This document shows, piece after piece, positions 11,613 to 24,339 of a stretch of 64,000 nt of DNA. Origin of the DNA: Eledone cirrhosa (taxonomy: Eukaryota); contig OZ024746.1 in assembly GCA_964016885.1 (NCBI GenBank), forward strand, positions 101,308,001-101,372,000, written 5' to 3'. The translations under genes were made by a program, and so were the position numbers. The notes beneath the pieces were generated by a model. That model made no database searches. It worked only from the letters and a program-made list of their open reading frames with translations, and was not told where the DNA came from. Positions within the stretch are counted from its first letter, which is position 1, and the number at the start of each line of letters is the position of its first letter.

Positions 11613-12684
11613 TATATGTCTTGCAAATTTATACATAAAATTAAGGTGAAGATAGACCAACATATAAGAAGGAATTAACATAAATTGCAATACTTATTTT
11701 TATAAGCACTTAAAACTATATTTACATACTTGACGTGTTTTAAAATTGTATACAATGTCTATAATTAAGTTAATATACGTATGTAAAAACAGATAAGCAG
11801 TGGAGCTGATTTAATCCAACTTTTCCTTCCCCCTAAATTTGCTGGTCTAAGATAGACACCATTAACAGCAGAATCAATTAGTGCAAGGATCACGATATAT
11901 ACACATGTGTCACATGTGTATGAAGTAATTCCGAAGAAAAAGCAAAGAAAAAAAAAGTGCTCTATGTATAGAACAGAGCTATTTAATTAGGAAGTGAACA
12001 ACACAACATATAACTACTCCATTACCAAAGGTTTCTGGACCTTAGACAATATTAACATATGTCTAGGTCGCTCATCAGATGAAATATTTCTATATTGTGT
12101 TGTTTACTCTCTAATGTATGTAAATGTATGTATATGTACATATATATACGGCATGTAAACTGTAAGTTGAACTTTCTCACAATTTTAACCTAGTTGGATT
12201 TATTTTTTATTGTTTGCTATACTGTATTTGTTTTCTATTTGAAATCACACTGGATGAGTGCTTGTGGCAATAATCATATTTTTTCAAAATTGAATTTTTT
12301 TTGCCAATGTGTTCCCCTGTATATGGTTAAACCTGGCTTACCTCCTCTTTGATGTGACATCATACATCACTAAAGGGTTAACTGCTACCTTCACTTGCAA
12401 CTAGCAACTGAGAGAGCTAGCACCCCATATTTGTTGTTCCTTAACAGGCAACTTCCTGCTGATGAAATGACTATGCCTAATTACGTAATATGTAGTGTCA
12501 TTACCTAATATTCTGCACATATTTGCATATGAAGCTGTATAAGTTGATTCAATTTAAAAGAAGAATTAAAATTTAGCTTCATCATATCTGTATATATATA
12601 TGTATGTGAATTTCCTATATCGAAAGATATATCAGCCCATCTACGCAGGCAAAAATGCTATATATTCTCGCCTGTTCTCAAGTT

Positions 12685-12700
12685 CCAGCAGAGGGCAGCA
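12685..12700 (+). promoter_or_regulatory. Candidate CTCF-binding site
   Basis: CCAGCAGAGGGCAGCA matches the bilaterian CTCF core; GC-rich spot in non-repeat sequence. Confidence 0.4.
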
Positions 12701-13033
12701 GGGAGGCACTGTTTCAATGAAAGCAATCAGCTCGATATAGCCACAAGAAATGGATGAATATATCTATATCTTTATAAAAGGAAGTTTGTACTAAATGAAA
12801 TTGATAATAATTAAGGTTTTTTGTGTGTTTTTAACTCATCTGACTTTCAAATTTACTGCTATTTCTAGCATCTGACTTTCAAATTTACTGCTATTTCATG
12901 TCTGTTCATCATGCCACCACCACCACCACAACAACAACAACAACAACAACAACACGCAAACATAACCAAAACAAGAACAACAAACCAAAAGTGGCAACAA
13001 GTCCATGATTCGGTCTTTGAAGGACCAAATACG

Positions 13034-14172
13034 TGTCTGTGTGTGTGTCTATGTGTGTGTGTCTGTGTGTGTGTCTATGTGTGCCTATGTGTGTGTGTGA
13101 CTATGTGTGTGTGTGTGTCTATGTGTGTGTGTGTGCCTATGTGTGTGTGTGTCTATGTGTGTGTGTGTCTATGTGTGTGTGTGTCTATGTGTGTGTGTCT
13201 ATGTGTGTGTGTGTCTATGTATGTGTGTGTGTCTATGTGTCTATGTGTGTGTGTGTCTATGTGTGTGTCTATATGTGTGTGTGTCTATGTGTGTGTGGCA
13301 AAGGTAAAGAAAAACAACCGTTCCTTTGTAAAGGAACAAAAGCTTTATAAAGATAATATTTTAATATAATTTGAAACTCTTATTAAATAACAAACCTTTG
13401 TGCTTCGCTTACAGACAGACACACAGACATAGACACACACACAGACATAGACACACACACAGACATAGACACACACACAGACATAGACACACACACATAG
13501 ACATAGACACACACACAGACATAGACACACACACAGACATAGACACACACACAGACATAGACACACACACAGACATAGACACACACACACAGACATAGAC
13601 ACACACACAGACATAGACACTCACACAGACATAGACAAACACACAGACATAGACACACACACAGACATAGACACACACACAGACATAGACACACACACAG
13701 ACATAGACACACACACAGACATAGACACACACACAGACATAGACACACACACAGACATAGACACACACACAGACATAGACACACACACACAGACATAGAC
13801 ACACACACAGACATAGACACTCACACAGACATAGACAAACACACAGACATAGACACACACACAGACATAGACACACACACAGACATAGACACACACACAG
13901 ACATAGACACTCACACAGACATAGACACACACACAGACATAGACACACACACAGACATAGACACACACACAGACATAGACACACACACACAGACATAGAC
14001 ACACACACAGACATAGACACTCACACAGACATAGACACACACACAGACATAGACACACACACAGACATAGACACACACACAGACATAGACACTCACACAG
14101 ACATAGACACACACACAGACATAGACACACACACAGACATAGACACACACACAGACATAGACACACACATAG

Positions 14173-14203
<31 letters not shown>

Positions 14204-14607
14204 TAGACACACACACAGACATAGACACACACACAGACATAGACACTCACACAGACATAGACACACACACAGACATAGACACTCACACAGACATAGACAC
14301 ACACACAGACATAGACACACACACAGACATAGACACACACACAGACATAGACACACACACAGACATAGACACACACACACAGACATAGACACACACACAG
14401 GCATAGACACACACACACACACAGACACACATACAGACATAGACACACACACACAGACATAGACACACACACACATAGACACACACATACACATAGACAC
14501 AGACATAGACACATACATACATAGACATACACACACACACACACATACAGACAGACAGACAGACAAACTACAGACAGACAGACAGACATACTACAGACAG
14601 ACAGACA
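13034..14607. repeat. Compound TG-rich (13034-13296) and CA-rich (13411-14607) microsatellites
   Basis: (GTCTATGTGTGT..)n followed by (ACACACAGACATAG..)n. Confidence 0.95.
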
Positions 14608-14801
14608 TTACAAGAACAAAAGATGGAACAAAGAGAAGCAAAACTTTGAAGTTTGAAGAATGAACATTTTGTAAAAGATGTTGAAGAAAACATAACACAC
14701 ACACAGAGAGAAACACACACATATACATATATTTATATATAAATATATATATATATATACATATATTTATATATAAATATATATATATATATACATATAT
14801 T

Positions 14802-14840
<39 letters not shown>

Positions 14841-14912
14841 TAGCGAGAATCGTATTTCGGCTTAGGAATTAACGAAAAACAACTTCCGAGATGTGTGGCA
14901 AGCGCTCAATGA

Positions 14913-14965
<53 letters not shown>

Positions 14966-15104
14966 GAGTTAAACAAGATTCAATGAGTACATCAAAGAAT
15001 GAGTTTTACAGTAGATTGGAAGCACTCTACGAGAAATAATTTTCCAGAGTTATTAATATTAAAATACAAATATTAATAAAATAGATGTTCTTTTGATCAA
15101 TTAC

Positions 15105-15157
15105 ATTTTATTATACATATTTCGGATGTACAACAGTACGTCCTCTTCAGACAAAAT
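15105..15157 (-). ncRNA. Minimal hammerhead ribozyme, mirror copy
   Basis: Reverse complement of 15204-15256. Confidence 0.7.
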
Positions 15158-15203
15158 ATAATCTTAACCATTTAACATCTCAGGGTATGTCATGTATCAT
15201 TAT

Positions 15204-15256
15204 ATTTTGTCTGAAGAGGACGTACTGTTGTACATCCGAAATATGTATAATAAAAT
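15204..15256 (+). ncRNA. Minimal type I hammerhead ribozyme
   Basis: ATTTTGT CTGAAGA GGAcGTAC tgtt GTACaTCC GAAA TATGTA TA ATAAAAT; intact core, G-C closing stem II. Confidence 0.75.
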
Positions 15257-15393
15257 TAGTCCAGAATTAGCCGTCGAAACGGCTTGAGCTCAGCCGTCGG
15301 GTCCTACTTGTTCCTATTACCCACTCTACTACCCTAAGTATTGAGTACTTTGGTGCATTATGGTCCATCTGGTTCCTTACCACATTTCCTTCG

Positions 15394-15395
<2 letters not shown>
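15257..15395 (+). mobile_element. Short interspersed repeat (probable Penelope pLTR end); also at 24133-24337 (-) and 24603-24785 (+)
   Basis: Shared TAGCCGTCGAAACGGCTTGAGCTC...TTTGGTGC..TATGGTCCATCTGGTTCCTTACCAC ending in (TA)n. Confidence 0.6.
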
Positions 15396-15458
<63 letters not shown>

Positions 15459-15497
15459 ACAGCCAAAACTTTGATTTTGTTAAGCCCCCACATGTAT

Positions 15498-15499
<2 letters not shown>

Positions 15500-15529
<30 letters not shown>

Positions 15530-15575
15530 TTTACGTCCGCTTTTCCCTGCTTGCAAGGGTGGGACGGGTCTTATT
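15500..15575 (-). mobile_element. Extremely 5'-truncated copy of the young RTE LINE
   Basis: Matches the terminal ~55 nt plus (TGA)n tail at 58161-58217. Confidence 0.85.
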
Positions 15576-16689
15576 TATATATATATATATATAAATTGTT
15601 TTTAACTGCAGATTTTCACTGAAATGGTGAAATAATTGGTGTTATAATCTAAAGTTGTTTATGAAATGTACTAGCCTCCCCCCCCCCTAAATACCAGTAA
15701 TTATATATTGTATGTTCGTAAAAATGGGATTTCTTGAAATGTTCTTTTTTTGTCATGTATAATGTTGTTTTAATGTGAAATAGAATTAGTAGATTCTCCA
15801 GCTGCTGTATCAATATGAATCAGTTTCAACATTTCACTGGAGATTGATTAACAAAATTTAATAAACAGAGAAGAGGATGGGGTGAATAAATGTGGGGGAG
15901 GGGTTGGGAAAAATCTGGAAAATTAATAAGCGGGGAGCTGGGAGGGATTATTGAAGACGTGAGAGCAGTTGTTTAGCACCTGGTTATACCTGAGAGGAGA
16001 ACAAGGATAAAAGGGGTTCCAGCTATGCCTTTTGTATATCAGATATTGTTCAATGTGTTGTTTAAGACAGTAGAGTATAATTTGAGGGAGATTTGATTGC
16101 TATTTCTAGCAGAGCAAACAACTAATTCTTGTTGGTAGTTGTTGGTGCATTTTACAATAGAAACAGGCAGAATGGTAACAACGTAGAAAAATGTAAACAA
16201 CATCAGACAACAAAGCTATCACTATCACCGATGGCAACAATAACGAGCCACTTTGTGGTCGTTCGTCTTACTAGAAATAACAGCCGAACTCCCTCAACTC
16301 CCACTCTGGCTACCACCTTTAAAACTATAGCAGAAGACACAGAATAAGATGGTAGCAGTAAAACTGAAAGATCTTTCATCATAGGATTGCTCAATCACAA
16401 GAAATAAAGAATATATATACATGTATGTTTGTGTGTATATATGTACGTGTGTGTGTGTGAGTGTACATACATGAACGTGTGTGTGTGTATACATGTACTT
16501 GTGTGTATATACATATACGTGTGTTTGTAGTGAGATATAGTTGTACTTGAAGAATTGTTGATAAACTTTCTGAAGAAGTGTCAGAAATAGGGCTACACAA
16601 CAACATCAAAATAAAACAGTTGCAACCTTACCAATAAATTCTGCTCAGGTAAAACAGTAAAATATATCTTAAAAGAGGGAAGTTGTGGA

Positions 16690-16945
16690 TGACACAACAG
16701 AAGGAGCGAGGTGACACCACAGAGGGAGCGAGGTAATGGTGACACCACAGAGGGAGCGAGGTAATGGTGACACCACAGAGGGAGCTAGGTAATGGTGACA
16801 CCACAGAGGGAGCGAGGTAATGGTGACACCACAGAGGGAGCTAGGTAATGAGAACACAACAGAAGGAGCGAGATCCTACCCTAATGGTGACACAACAGAG
16901 GGAGCTAGGCTCTACCCTAATGGTGACACAACAGAGGGAGCGAGC
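16690..16945. repeat. 28-bp minisatellite
   Basis: Unit GAGCGAGGTAATGGTGACACCACAGAGG, degenerate at ends. Confidence 0.85.
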
Positions 16946-17089
16946 CACTAATGTGACACAATAAAATGACAAGAAGCAATCAAATCTAAAATCTACCTTT
17001 CTACTTAAGTTCAGCACATGACTAACACTCTCCTCATTGTTTTCACTATACCTTTAAAATAAGGGATAGCTAGGTGGTTATAATGATTA

Positions 17090-18705
17090 GGGTGATGGTG
17101 GTGATGGTGGTGGTGGTGGTGGTGGTGGTGGTGGTGGTGGTGGTGGTGGTGGTGGTGATGGTGGTGGTGGTGATGGTGGTGGTGGTGATGGTGGTGGTGG
17201 TGGTGGTGGTGGTGGTGGTGATGGTGATGGTAGTGGTGGTGGTGGTGGTGATGGTGGTGGTGGTGGTGATGGTGATGGTAGTGGTGGTGGTGGTGGTGGT
17301 GGTGGTGGTGATGGTGGTGGTGGTGATGGTGGTGGTGATGGTGGTGGTGATGGTGATGGTAGTGGTGGTGGTGGTGGTGATGGTGGTGGTGGTGGTGGTG
17401 GTGGTGGTGATGGTGGTGGTGGTGGTGGTGGTGGTGGTGGTGGTGGTGGTGGTGGTGGTGATGGTGGTGGTGGTGATGGTGGTGGTGGTGATGGTGGTGG
17501 TGGTGGTGGTGGTGATGGTGGTGATGGTGATGGTAGTGGTGGTGGTGGTGGTGATGGTGGTGGTGGTGGTGATGGTGATGGTAGTGGTGGTGGTGGTGGT
17601 GGTGGTGGTGGTGATGGTGGTGGTGGTGATGGTGGTGGTGATGGTGGTGGTGATGGTGATGGTAGTGGTGGTGGTGGTGGTGATGGTGGTGGTGGTGGTG
17701 GTGGTGGTGGTGATGGTGGTGGTGGTGGTGGTGGTGGTGGTGGTGGTGGTGATGGTGGTGGTGGTGATGGTGGTGGTGGTGGTGGTGGTGATGGTGGTGA
17801 TGGTGATGGTAGTGGTGGTGGTGATGGTGGTGGTGGTGGTGGTGGTGGTGGTGGTGATGGTGGTGAAGGTGGTAGTGGTGGTGGTGATGGTGGTGGTGCT
17901 GGTGATGGTGGTGGTGGTGATGGTGGTGGTGATGGTGGTGGTGGTGATGGTGGTGGTGGTGGTGATGGTGATGGTGGTGGTGGTAGTGATGGTGGTGGTG
18001 ATGGTAGTGGTGGTGGTGATGGTGGTGGTGGTGGTGATGGTGGTGATGGTGATGGTAGTGGTGGTGGTGGTAGTGGTGGTGGTGATGGTAGTGGTGGTGG
18101 TGGTGGTGGTGGTGGTGGTGATGGTGGTGAAGGTGGTAGTGGTGGTGGTGATGGTGGTGATGGTGGTGGTGCTGGTGGTGGTGATGGTGGTGATGGTGGT
18201 GGTGCTGGTGATGGTGGTGGTGGTGATGGTGGTGGTGATGGTGGTGGTGGTGATGGTGGTGGTGGTGGTGGTGGTGATGGTCGTGGTGGTGATGGTGATG
18301 GTAGTGGTGGTGGTGGTAGTGGTGGTGGTGGTAGTGGTGGTGATGGTGGTGGTGGTGGTGGTGGTGATGGTGGTGGTGATGGTGGTGATGGTGGTGGTGA
18401 TGGTGGTGATGGTAGTGATGGTGGTGGTGATGATGGTGGTGGTGGTGGTAGTGGTGGTGGTGGTGGTGGTAGTGGTGGTGGTAGTGGCGGTGGTGATAGT
18501 GGTGGTGGTGGTGATGGTGGTGGTGATGGTGGTGATGGTGGTGGTGATAGTAGTGGTGGTGGAGGTGGTAGTGGTGGTGGTGGTGGCGGTAGTGGTGGTG
18601 GCTGTGGTGATGGTGGTGGGTTTGGTGAAGGTGGTGGGTGTGGTGATGGTGGTGGGTTTGGTGAAGGTGGTGGTGGTGGGTGTGGTGATGGTGGTGGAGG
18701 TGTAA
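17090..18705. repeat. 1.6-kb (GGT)n/(GAT) trinucleotide tract
   Basis: Direct reading. Confidence 0.97.
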
Positions 18706-18984
18706 GGTTACAGCAGCATCACAGTAGAAGAAACAAACAAAAATAAAATGGATGAGAGAAGGAGGAGGAGTAGGGAATGAAAGGAGGGGAGTTTGATAAA
18801 TTTTTGTTTTTGTTTTGATGTTTATTTTCTATCTCAACAAAGCCAGTTGAGGTGGGCGTGGTCGGTGTTGAAGATTACCTCCCTAAAGAATAATAGCAGC
18901 AGCAGCAGTCTGACAATGAACTCAACATTGACACCCTAGCCAACATGGGACACTATATATCTAGCAACAGCAGCAGCAGTAACT

Positions 18985-19645
18985 CAAGTACGAAGAAGGA
19001 GTGATGCTTCTTGAATTTTGTGATCCATTGGCAACACTAACTTCCAGAAACCTGCCAACCACCTAATAACCTACCAATCAAGCAAGCACATAAGCCAGAT
19101 TGACTTCTTGCTAGTTAGGCAATGAGACAGACATTTGATTACAAATACTAAGGCATACTCCGGGGAAGAATGTACCCCACAGCATAGGTTAGTCGTTAGT
19201 GACATCTCAGTAAGCAAGAGACAGAATGAGACATACAGGAAGGTGTGGAGAAGGAAGGTCTGGAAGCTAAAAGACCTTTCACTAAAATACAAAGTTAGGA
19301 AAGCCCGTCAAGATGTGTATGACGTGAAAGAAGACGATTTAGAATCATATGACATATATGATAACTGGAATTTCTTACGTGACAACTTACTGCAGGCTAC
19401 TGATGAAACTTGTGGCTGGAGCAGAGCTCCGACCAGGCAGAGAGTGACTTGGTGGTGGAACAGCACGGTAGATAAGGCCATTAAAGACAAAAGACTAGCA
19501 TGGAAGGCTTGGAAAAATGGTGGGAGTAGAGACCAATACACAACCGCTAAAAGAGAAGCTACCGTCAGATATACTTAGCACACAGGGAAGCTGAGAGTAG
19601 GAGGTTTGCTAATGTTCTGCGACTAGAAGATCAGAGATGTGCGGT
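18985..19645 (+). mobile_element. Internal fragment of RTE LINE (same family as 55151-58217), decayed
   Basis: GEECTPQHRLVV..RKVWKLKD..TWWWN aligns to ~55650-56320; stops and deletions. Confidence 0.9.
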
Positions 19646-19919
19646 GAGGAGGTGGAGACATTCTCCTAAATCTGATGTACTTCTACATGTTTTCATCTTT
19701 CTTTCCAACCAAATATATTCAATATTAATACATTTAGAGATATTTCACTTCATTTTTTTAAGAATGGTTACCTGAATATAGATTTAATTCCACATACTGG
19801 TATTTTACTAAAATGATAAAAAATAACCATTCTTTTTTATAAATATATTGTGTGTTTGGTGAAACTAAAGGTAATAAAATGGTATAATTCTCCCTAAACC
19901 CTTAGTTGTATTATATATA

Positions 19920-20055
19920 CAACGCGAGTGGTTAGAGAATTGGACTCTCAATCGTGAGGTTGTGAGTTTGATTGCCAGACCGGGCGATGCATTATGTCCT
20001 TGGGCAAGACACTTTATTTCACGTTACTCCTTCTACCTGGAGTTGCGACCGCTAG
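19920..20055 (+). mobile_element. tRNA-derived SINE head with CORE/V-like domain
   Basis: AGTGGTTAGAG..GTGAGTTTGATT..GTCCTTGGGCAAGACACTT; related to 53939-54080. Confidence 0.7.
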
Positions 20056-20144
20056 ATAGTATTAGCAATTGGAAAGACCAATGGAAACATTGTTTCCTCG
20101 GCGGTCCGATTTGACGAAAGTCGATATATATATATATATACATC

Positions 20145-20186
<42 letters not shown>

Positions 20187-20299
20187 AGCAGAATAAATGG
20201 AGAAGGCAATACATTCAAAAACAAATTTTGTTTTTGAACGTATTGCCTTTCTGCTTACCTTCTGCACTTAACTCTCATTAAATATTAATTATTTATGTG

Positions 20300-23200
20300 T
20301 CAGGCCACTCTCGAGTGCTACTGGTAACATGTAACCCAGTACAACCTGTCGCATGGTCGGGTCGTCGGTGACTAAACCGGCAACCCCATCAAGTTTTCTT
20401 GGTGAGGAGGGTGATTTTGGACATCCTGCAGGTCAAAAACAAAACCTGACAAAGGGCGGAAGAACTCATAAGAGTCAACGGCCATCCAAAAATTGTGTAA
20501 ATATGTATATAGTGTATATAGTGTGTATTTGGTAGCCTTGGTTGGCAATCTGTCTAGGAGAGGGACCACTCTCATTTCAAAGCCGGGGCAGACAGAGCTC
20601 TTTGGCCTTGATAGGCAATCTGTCAAACCAATCCTGACTGGGTTAAATGACGACATTGGTAAGCAGGATGTCGGATCAGTAGATAAGGCAATGATCAAGT
20701 AACTGTGAATTTGGTTCATACTACTAGTGGCAAGGCAATCATATCAACTATTGTTGGATGTTTCGGTGAAGCACAACCGCTCTAATACAGAGTACTGCTT
20801 TCACTTGTATGGAGTAGCGATCGCAAGTGTCTATCCAACTACTGAAAGCTAAATATGGCACAAATTCTTTGATGTTCATCCCGCAGCGCTCGTCGCGCGG
20901 TTAAACAAGGAGCGTGTCCTGCAACGGATTCCCAGATTGCAGTTGAAAAATCAGATACTGGGAAACATACACGGAGAAAACAACCAACCCGACTTGTACA
21001 CAGAAAGAAAGACATCTTTACTGGTACACTCAATGTTCAAACACTCCAGAAAGACCATCAAATCCCTGAACTAATTGCTTCAGCAGGGGCGACCAACCAT
21101 GATGTTATCTGTCTTCAGGAGCACCGGTTCATACATGAAGAGCTTGTAACAAAGGAGCAAATATTTGGCAATTGGAGGCTGATAACCTGCTCAGATTGGA
21201 AAAACAACATAAATGCAGCAAATGGTGGAGTTGGAATGCTTTTCAGCCCGCGAGCCTATGATGCACTTGCGAATGTTGAAATGATAACATCAAGGATAAT
21301 GATAGCTATGTTTAACGGGAACCCTAAAACCACTGTAATCTCTTGCTATAATCCAACAAATGTATGTGACGTGGCCGAAGTAGAGAGGTTCTACATGGAA
21401 CTAACATCACTCACTAGACAAATCCGGAAATATAATGTTCTCATCATTGGCGGAGACTTCAACGCGCGTCTTGGACAGCTTGATGGATTCAAATTCTCAT
21501 ACCACTGACAAACCAATAGAAACGGTTGTATGCTAAAAGATTACTTGTGTGAGAACAATTTACGATGTCTCAACGCCATATTCCAAAAAAGACCAGGCCA
21601 GCGGTGGACACACAAATCTCTAAATGCGGACAAGACACAACTGGATTATATCATAATCAATCGAAAATGGAAGAACAGCGCAAAAAACTGCAGTGCATAT
21701 GACTCGTTTGTTAGTGTTGACTCGGATCATCGCATTGTCTCGGCCATGATACGATTAAGTCTCTGAGTGGATAAAAAGAAATCTGCAAATGCTACTCCTT
21801 ACAACTGGGCAGTTCTGAATACCAATCCTGAGACTTACAAAACCTTTGTAACCCAACTGAACAACCGATTTGCTGCCCTACAAGACTCTGCGCCAACAAA
21901 ATCATCAAATTCTACATTTAACCACTTTCAAAGAGGCAGTGGCCGACACCATCCCTTTAAAACCCAAGGTTAAAAAACGAAAACCCTGGGAAACAGAGAG
22001 GATACGCCAAAAGCGCAAAGAGTTGCGAAAAGCTGCAGAATTGAAAGACACTCAACGATCTCCAGAAAACATTAGTAACTTCAATGCTGCTTGTACAGCA
22101 CTGAAAAGAGAGTATGAAATTGAGCAAGCCGAATACATGCAGAAAAAGATCAATCATATCTCAAGTACTGTCAGCAATAAGAGGTCTGCTGAAGCCTGGA
22201 CAACTGTCAATGAAATTAGTGGCAGAAAAAGTAGTGACAGAGCCAAACTGAAAGCCTCCAGCCAAGACGAACGTTTAAAACTGTGGCAACAACATTTTCA
22301 GAACCTACTTGGCAAAGCACCACAGATCATCGAAGAAGAAATAATACCCGTTTTTACAGAGGAACACCAAATACAGAAAGGTCCTTTCACTATGGAGGAA
22401 CTACAGAAAGCAGTGAAAAGTATTGGTAACGGAAAAGCGTGCGGACTCGACGAGATCCCAGCTGAAGTGTGGAAGGTACCTGAATTTCACCCAATCCTAC
22501 TAGAGTTGCGTAATGCTGTCTATAATCAAGACCCCATAGACAAATGGACTGAGGGATATATTCTCCCTTTTCTCGAAAAGGGCGATCTTAGAATGGCTAA
22601 AAACTACCGTGGCATAACACTAATGGCAATTGCCGCAAAGATATACAATCTCATATTGCTTAACAGAATAAGACCTGTCATTGAGCCCTTGCTGAGAAAA
22701 AACCAAATTGGCTTCCGCACCAACAGATCAACATCAGGGCAAATACTTACTATTCGGCGTATCTTGGAAGGTGTAAAAGCCAAAAACCTCCCAGCAACTC
22801 ACCTGTTTATTGACTTTTCAAAAGCATTCGATTCCATCCATCGTGGGAGGATGAGAGAGATACTTCTAACCTACGGCTTGCCAAGGGAAACAGTAAATTC
22901 CATCATGATGTTATATAAAAACACCCACGCAATGGTGCGCTCACCTGATGGAGATACCAACTTCTTTGACATCATTGCAGGAGTACTCCAAGGAGATACT
23001 CTTGCACCAGATATTTTTATCATCTGCGTCGACTATGTATTGAGAAAAGCCCTGAACGAAAACTTAGAGCTTGGTTTCACTCTCACAGAACGAAAGTGTA
23101 GACACCATGCAGCTCAGAAAATCACCGATGCTGACTATGCGGATGATTTAGCGGTCCTCGCTGACTACCTTAAGGATGCAACATCACTACTTCCCAGCAT

Positions 23201-23862
23201 CTAATCAGTTGCAAAGGAAATCGGGCTCTATGTCAACGCAGGCAAAACAGAATATATTTGCCTGAACCAAGACTCCTCAGTTTGGTATGCGAAGTCTAAA
23301 CGGCGATATAATCAAGCAAGTTGACGACTTCAAATACCTGGGTAGCTATATCGCCTCCACAGAACATGCTGTTAAAATCAGACTGGGAAAAGCCTGGGGA
23401 GCATTGAATGCAATGGAAAAAATATGGAAATCAAACCTGCCGGCCAAACTGAAAAGGAATTTCTTCAGAGCTGCTGTGGAATCTGTGCTTGTTTATGGCT
23501 CTATCACTTGGATGCTAACGTCGAAACTGGAGAAAAAGCTAGACGGGGCATACACATGTATGCTCCGCGCTGCTTTAAACGTATCTTGGAGGGAACACCC
23601 AACAAATAATGATCTCTATGGCAATATACCACCTATCAGCAAGTCAATACGTAAACAGAGACTCAGATTTGCTGGCCACTGTTGGCGCAGCAAGGAAGAA
23701 ATAGCAGGTGATGTATTGTTATGGAGTCCATCTCTTGGAGCAAGAAACGCTGGTTGTCCCAAGAAGACATACGTCAAGCAACTTGAGGACGATACTGGAT
23801 GCACTGTGGAAGAACTAGCAAACACTATGAGAGACAGAGATGGATGGAGGAAACGTGTCGTA
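20300..23862 (+). mobile_element. Near full-length decayed RTE-clade LINE (5' UTR, APE endonuclease, RT)
   Basis: GTLNVQT, LQE, GDFNA, LDYI, SDH; NYRGITL, FIDFSKAFDSI, GVLQGD, YADD, LRFAGH; split by stops/frameshifts into ORFs 21236-23883. Confidence 0.92.
20303..20483 (+). ncRNA. Multi-hairpin structured RNA at RTE 5' end (candidate ribozyme)
   Basis: Closing stem plus five internal hairpins; second copy at 48728-48909. Confidence 0.55.
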
Positions 23863-24098
23863 GAAATATTAACCTTACTATAATATTTAACACTGCATTG
23901 AGCACACTTCGCTTCGGCTATTGGCATGTAATATACTGTATCATAATTTTCTTTCACCTCCATGTCTCTTCTTTGATATATATATACATTTGTATTTGTA
24001 AAGCCAAAACAATGCAGGTATGGACATAGAATAAAAATGCAAATGCAAAAGATATTGTTGACAATTAGTCTTTTACCTTAAATTTATTTAAATGTCCT

Positions 24099-24134
<36 letters not shown>

Positions 24135-24339
24135 CAAAGAAAGTGTGGTAAGGAATCAGGTGGACCATAACGCACCAGAGTACTTGATACTTTGGGTAGT
24201 AGAGTGGGTAATAGGAAAAGAGCCAGGACCCCAATGGCTGAGCTCCGGCTGTTTCCACAGCTAATACTGCTGGCTTAGTTCGGATCTAGCTGTCAAAACG
24301 GCTTGAGCTCTGCCGTCGGGGTCCTGACTATTTTCCTAT

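Noticed and set aside
13033-14589. Cys/Val-rich ORFs (likewise 5238-6893, 29495-30477, 41539-45549)
   Set aside because: By-products of tandem repeats, open in several frames, no splice or domain support
17074-18705. 543-aa poly-Val/Met ORF
   Set aside because: Translation of a trinucleotide microsatellite
20303-20483. Assignment to HDV-like or twister ribozymes
   Set aside because: Could not place HDV P1/P3/L3/J4-2 or the twister UAA and CCCAAGCC-type elements by eye
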